From: Archaeoglobaceae archaeon
GTDB lineage: Archaea > Halobacteriota > Archaeoglobi > Archaeoglobales > Archaeoglobaceae
Assembly (NCBI GenBank): GCA_027066965.1
Contig: JAMOMT010000106.1
Location: 1-37,562, forward strand
DNA length: 37,562 nt
Reading direction: 5' to 3'
The notes below the pieces were generated by a model. The model saw only the letters and a list, made by a program, of their open reading frames with translations, was not told the DNA's origin and made no database searches. Each line of letters opens with the position of its first letter. Position 1 is the first letter of the stretch. This document shows, one piece after another, positions 34,016 through 37,562 of this stretch. The position numbers and the translations under genes are program-made.

Positions 34016-34840
34016 TCAAAGAGTCCCAACCTTAATACTCTCACCAAAAGATTTCAGAAGCCTGACGGCAGAAAGAGCCGCTAAATAGCTCGTCTTGGGG
34101 TTTTTCGGGTGCTTCCTGTTTTTGAAGATAAACTTCATCTCCCCAAACTCCCCCCTGACAAATACCTCGTGAATGTTCTCCTTCACATGGGGGTCAGCAA
34201 ATATCCTTACTTTTGTCTTCTCGAAACCGAGGCAGGCTAAGCTAACGGTCGCTGCTACGTTTACGTTTGCTGGGAATAGGGTCACAGCCTCCTTGGCCGA
34301 CCCTTCGAAGATTAGCGTTCTCTCTCCTATCTCATCAACCTCTACCTCTCTATGTTTTTCGAAGAACGGTGCACCTCTCAAGCTCTCTGGGCTCTTTATA
34401 GTAGTAAGCACAACCTCCTCAGCAACATCCCTCACAGCTTTGAGGGCGTCTATCCCTCCAACAGCTCCAGAAGGGACGAAAATTCTCTTTCCACTTCTCC
34501 CCGCAATTCTCTCCGCTATCTCGACCACCTCAGGATTAGCAAAGGCTCCGACGCTCATCACAAGAAGGTTCGTAAACTCAAGCACTGGAAGGAGTTCTCT
34601 CACAGCAGACTGAGACGCTGCCTCAACCACAACATCAACTCTCCTGCAAATCTCCACGAGTTCTTCAAAACTCTTAAGAGCTCTGGCTCCAGTCACTTTT
34701 GCCAGCTCCTCAGCTTTCTCTGGATTTCTGTCGAAGACAGCTGTTACCTCGTACCCGTCACTACTGAGAGCTATCGTCCTACCTATTGCCCCGCAACCAA
34801 CAATTGCAACTTTCGTTCTATTCATTCCATTCCCGCTCAT
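34016..34840 (-). CDS. nadX: L-aspartate dehydrogenase
   Basis: VAIVGCGAIG Rossmann motif, PSGAVGGIDALKA, FEGSAKEAVTLFPANVNVAATVSL, NPKTSYLAALS align with my recollection of TM1643-type AspDH. ATG 34840 preceded by aggtgggtgg. Confidence 0.85.
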   Translation of the reverse strand: MSGNGMNRTKVAIVGCGAIGRTIALSSDGYEVTAVFDRNPEKAEELAKVTGARALKSFEELVEICRRVDVVVEAASQSAVRELLPVLEFTNLLVMSVGAFANPEVVEIAERIAGRSGKRIFVPSGAVGGIDALKAVRDVAEEVVLTTIKSPESLRGAPFFEKHREVEVDEIGERTLIFEGSAKEAVTLFPANVNVAATVSLACLGFEKTKVRIFADPHVKENIHEVFVRGEFGEMKFIFKNRKHPKNPKTSYLAALSAVRLLKSFGESIKVGTL

Positions 34841-34978
34841 TACCACCCACCTAAATTCTTACACTCTCCACAGTCTTTTGCTTTCCGCTATTCAAAATCA
34901 ACGATCACCCAGACTAATAAACAGATTAACCAACTGACCAAATAAAGCTAAAATAGACATTCAGCGTAAACTCGCGAA

Positions 34979-35920
34979 TCACACTCCAAACATCACCTCT
35001 ATAGCCTTTCTTGCTCTCTCGGCTAAGCTCTCTTCAACTCTAACGACGTTTTTCTCCTCCTTGAGTGCAAGGTAAACTCTCTCGAGCGTGTTTAGTTTCA
35101 TCTCTATGCAGACAGCTTTTCTCAGAGGAACAAACGTCTTCCCCTCTATCTCTGCATTCATCCTTTCCACTAGTCCTACCTCAGTCCCTACTACGAACAG
35201 TTCCGAATCACTCTCAGCTGCATGTCTGTACATTTGGCTGGTTGAGCCGACGAAGTCAGCTTTGAGCTGGACTTCCACATCGCACTCGGGATGGACCATG
35301 ACTTCCGCCTCAGGATACGTTTTTCTCGCTCTCTCCACATCCTCCACCTGAAACATCTTGTGAACATAACAATAACCGTGACTCGGAACGGGTTCGACAT
35401 TTACGCCGCTCACCCTACTCGCAAATGCAGCGAGGTTAGCGTCGGGTCCGAGAAAGCACTTTCCTTTGGTGGCAAACTTCTTCGCTATCTTTGGTGCGTT
35501 TGCAGAGGTGCAGCAAACGTCAGCCTCTGCCTTCACGCTCGCGAGCGTGTTGACGTAGGCGACAAACGGATGGCCGGAGTTTTTCGCATCTCTCACCATC
35601 TCAGGCGTTAGCTGGGAGGCCATTGGACACCTCGCCTCCTTACATGGAATCAGAACTTTCTTGTCCGGATTTACGACTGCCGCAGTTTCCGCCATGAAGT
35701 CAACTCCGCAGAACACTATTATGTTCGCCTCAGTTTTAGAGGCAGCAACTGCGAGCTCCAGACTGTCTCCCTTAAAGTCGGCAACGCTCTGAACGTCAAG
35801 GCTCTGGTAGTTGTGAGCTAGAATTACGGCGTTTTTCTCCTCCTTCAGCCTTTCTATCTTTTTCTTGAGCTCCTCTATCTTTTTCTTATCGTTCAATCTA
35901 CCGGAGATCTCTGAAGACAT
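34979..35920 (-). CDS. nadA: Quinolinate synthase
   Basis: [19 protein letters not shown], Cys ligands, HPEC. Start at ATG 35920 (MSSEISGRL). Confidence 0.9.
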   Translation of the reverse strand: MSSEISGRLNDKKKIEELKKKIERLKEEKNAVILAHNYQSLDVQSVADFKGDSLELAVAASKTEANIIVFCGVDFMAETAAVVNPDKKVLIPCKEARCPMASQLTPEMVRDAKNSGHPFVAYVNTLASVKAEADVCCTSANAPKIAKKFATKGKCFLGPDANLAAFASRVSGVNVEPVPSHGYCYVHKMFQVEDVERARKTYPEAEVMVHPECDVEVQLKADFVGSTSQMYRHAAESDSELFVVGTEVGLVERMNAEIEGKTFVPLRKAVCIEMKLNTLERVYLALKEEKNVVRVEESLAERARKAIEVMFGV

Positions 35921-35943
35921 TGTCACTCTAAAGTACAATCGTC

Positions 35944-35955
35944 AAATTAAATTAT
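35944..35955. promoter_or_regulatory. Single AT-rich TATA-like box (aaattaaattat) shared by the divergent nadA and TS-like genes
   Basis: The intergenic region is only 55 bp (35921-35975). The box centre is about 26 nt from ATG 35976 and about 30 nt from ATG 35920. Confidence 0.35.
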
Positions 35956-35975
35956 CTGTGAGCTTAGCGAAATCG

Positions 35976-37316
35976 ATGATTCTAGAAGACTCACCAGAGG
36001 AAGCTTTGAGGAGGCTGGCTGCAAAGATCGTGGAGGAAGGCAAGCCCGTAATGTCGAGATACGGCACAGCGATTCACGCTCCCCCTTCTCTCCTGATAGT
36101 AAGGAAACCCGAATACTTCGGCTCGGACGTGGAGGAGTTCTGGCATACGGAGGGAGAGAGCTACGTTGACAGGACTGAGGAGCTCTTAAACGCTGTAGCT
36201 GCTAAGCTGAAGGCCAGCCCGTTCACGAGGAGGATGTCCGTTCCTCTATGGCTGCCCAGAGATCACCTCTCTAAAACTCCCCCGGCAGTGACAGAGGTCA
36301 GCTTCCTCTACTTCAACAGGAAACTTAACGCAACAGCTTACGTGAGAAGCCTTGACATTGCCGATTACTTCTCTCACGACTTCGACCTCGTAAATTACAT
36401 GCTGGAAAGGGTATGCGAGCTCTCAGGCTTTGAGAAGGGGAGTGTAGGAATGCTCGTCGGCTGCCCCCATGTTTACGAAAGAGACATCGAAAGGGTTGAG
36501 AAGGAGCTTGGTCACTTGAAGGCAAAAGAGGTGTACGGTTCGACAAAAGAGGGAACTCACATAGTTGAGGACTACATCTCCTCAGCTTGGCATTCTGCAG
36601 TCGAAGCGGTTTACAACGGAATGGAGAAGAAAACTGAGTGGGGAAGCGTTTTCAGCAGGCAGGAAAAGTGTCGCTACCTCCCCCGGCTCTTTGTGGAAGT
36701 AAAAAAACCTGGGGAGAACCAAATACACGACAAAGCTCCGTTTTCAAGAGATTACGGAATAAGTTACGCCCACAGCTACGTGATCCATGCAGAGTGCATA
36801 GATAAGCCTGTCTGCACACCCGTTAAAAAAGGGGAGGGAGAAGTTTACACCTACGCAGAGAGAGCGAGGTACTGTGAAGCTGACGACGTTAGAGTGGATC
36901 AGCTTTACGCGTGCATAGAGAAGCTGAGGAAGAACAGGTACGCGAGAGACTGCTACGTCTCGATCTCGAGGCCGTGGGATTTGTTCTGCGACGAGCCTCC
37001 ATGTCTAAGAGGTTACCAGTTCATAGGGCTTCCGAGTAGGAAAGATAGGCAAGAAAGGCAAAGAAGGCTCGCCGGAATATTTTACATGCGCTCGAACGAC
37101 ATCTTTGGTGCTATGCACGCAAACATGTTCGCCTTCGCGATTCTCACATCCTACGTTGCCGAGCTCACGAGCTTTGACAGCTACGTTTACTACCACTTTG
37201 CAAATGATGCACACATATACGCGGATTCGCTGAAAGCAGCTAAAGAAGTTCTGTTCCCGGAAACCCCCAAGCTCTTGGACTCTTTACTACCGGAACAAGA
37301 AAAGATGGAAACTTGA
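35976..37316 (+). CDS. Tandem (duplicated) thymidylate-synthase-like protein
   Basis: The N half has SPFTRRMSVPLWLPRD / PPAVTEVSFLYF / LNATAYVRSLDIADYF / GCPHVY. The C half has RYARDCYVSISRPWD / PPCLRGYQF / LAGIFYMRSNDIFGAMHANMFAFAIL / NDAHIY. Both sets align to ThyA motifs DSRRIIVSAWN / APCHAFFQFYV / [26 protein letters not shown] / GDTHLY. Start at ATG 35976 avoids overlap with nadA. Confidence 0.7.
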   Translation: MILEDSPEEALRRLAAKIVEEGKPVMSRYGTAIHAPPSLLIVRKPEYFGSDVEEFWHTEGESYVDRTEELLNAVAAKLKASPFTRRMSVPLWLPRDHLSKTPPAVTEVSFLYFNRKLNATAYVRSLDIADYFSHDFDLVNYMLERVCELSGFEKGSVGMLVGCPHVYERDIERVEKELGHLKAKEVYGSTKEGTHIVEDYISSAWHSAVEAVYNGMEKKTEWGSVFSRQEKCRYLPRLFVEVKKPGENQIHDKAPFSRDYGISYAHSYVIHAECIDKPVCTPVKKGEGEVYTYAERARYCEADDVRVDQLYACIEKLRKNRYARDCYVSISRPWDLFCDEPPCLRGYQFIGLPSRKDRQERQRRLAGIFYMRSNDIFGAMHANMFAFAILTSYVAELTSFDSYVYYHFANDAHIYADSLKAAKEVLFPETPKLLDSLLPEQEKMET

Positions 37317-37330
37317 TGCTACGTCCGACT

Positions 37331-37562
37331 TTAAAGCCCCTCCACGAACTCGACTATTCTTTCCACAGCCTCCTTCAGCTTTTCCATGCTAACGGCGTAA
37401 GCGCACCTAATGTATCCTTCTCCACACTCTCCAAATGCGTTTCCGGGAACGACAGCCACTTTTTTCTCGAAGAGTAGCCTCTTTGCAAACTCCTCGCTGC
37501 TCAATCCGGTTTCCTTCACCGAGGGAAAAGCGTAGAACGCTCCATCCGGCTTCTTGACGTCG
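37331..37562 (-). CDS. Class I/II (aspartate-type) aminotransferase, C-terminal end; 5' part lies right of the window
   Basis: The frame stays open to the window edge: DVKKPDGAFYAFPSVKETGLSSEEFAKRLLFEKKVAVVPGNAFGECGEGYIRCAYA is a typical AAT C-terminus. Confidence 0.8.
   Translation of the reverse strand, partial: DVKKPDGAFYAFPSVKETGLSSEEFAKRLLFEKKVAVVPGNAFGECGEGYIRCAYAVSMEKLKEAVERIVEFVEGL

Noticed and set aside
34173-34945. 146-aa and 197-aa plus-strand ORFs over the aspartate dehydrogenase gene.
   Set aside because: These are shadow ORFs opposite a gene that aligns end to end with the NadX-type AspDH pattern. No independent signals were seen.
1-37562. Search for a CRISPR array, tRNA, rRNA or other GC-rich structured RNA genes, prompted by the Cas3 gene at the left edge.
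   Set aside because: No regularly spaced 24-40 nt direct repeats were seen in any intergenic region. None of the intergenic regions shows cloverleaf-like GC-rich stems, and all are AT-rich promoter or terminator spacers. This was by-eye inspection only, so a small RNA could have been missed.

Overview
This window is a gene-dense (about 40 genes, both strands) chromosomal segment of a hyperthermophilic euryarchaeon. It looks Archaeoglobales-like, but that is my inference from remembered protein motifs; no database search was run. Most of it is housekeeping core:
- Lhr-type helicase, TBP, thioredoxin
- hypA-B-C-D hydrogenase maturation operon
- PAN, MBF1, PurP
- PAC2-Nop10-aIF2alpha cluster, MCM
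- nadA / aspartate dehydrogenase / nadC operon

I saw no rRNA, tRNA or CRISPR array.

Accessory or decaying material is concentrated at the left edge. It comprises the AT-rich 3' part of a Cas3-type helicase gene, three toxin-antitoxin-like loci (two visibly decayed) and a 24-nt gene-fragment repeat at a recombination junction. A further AT-rich singleton, an archaeal-type ATPase gene, sits between aIF2alpha and MCM.

The most unusual item is a 446-aa protein (35976-37316) built from two thymidylate-synthase-like halves with complementary active-site remnants. This suggests a covalently fused pseudo-dimer with one active site.

Other points worth a second look:
- vapC inactivated by a perfect 11-bp tandem duplication
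- a secreted SNase plus lamin-tail-domain nuclease
- an extracellular Lon-like S16 protease with a PGF-CTERM-like sorting tail
- an orphan FlaI/PilB-type ATPase
- a thioredoxin / winged-helix operon with an upstream dyad
- an unlisted Nop10 ORF
- hyp genes whose conserved N-termini require non-ATG starts

Start codons were chosen by eye from conserved N-termini, Shine-Dalgarno or TATA spacing and neighbouring genes, so they are less certain than stops.
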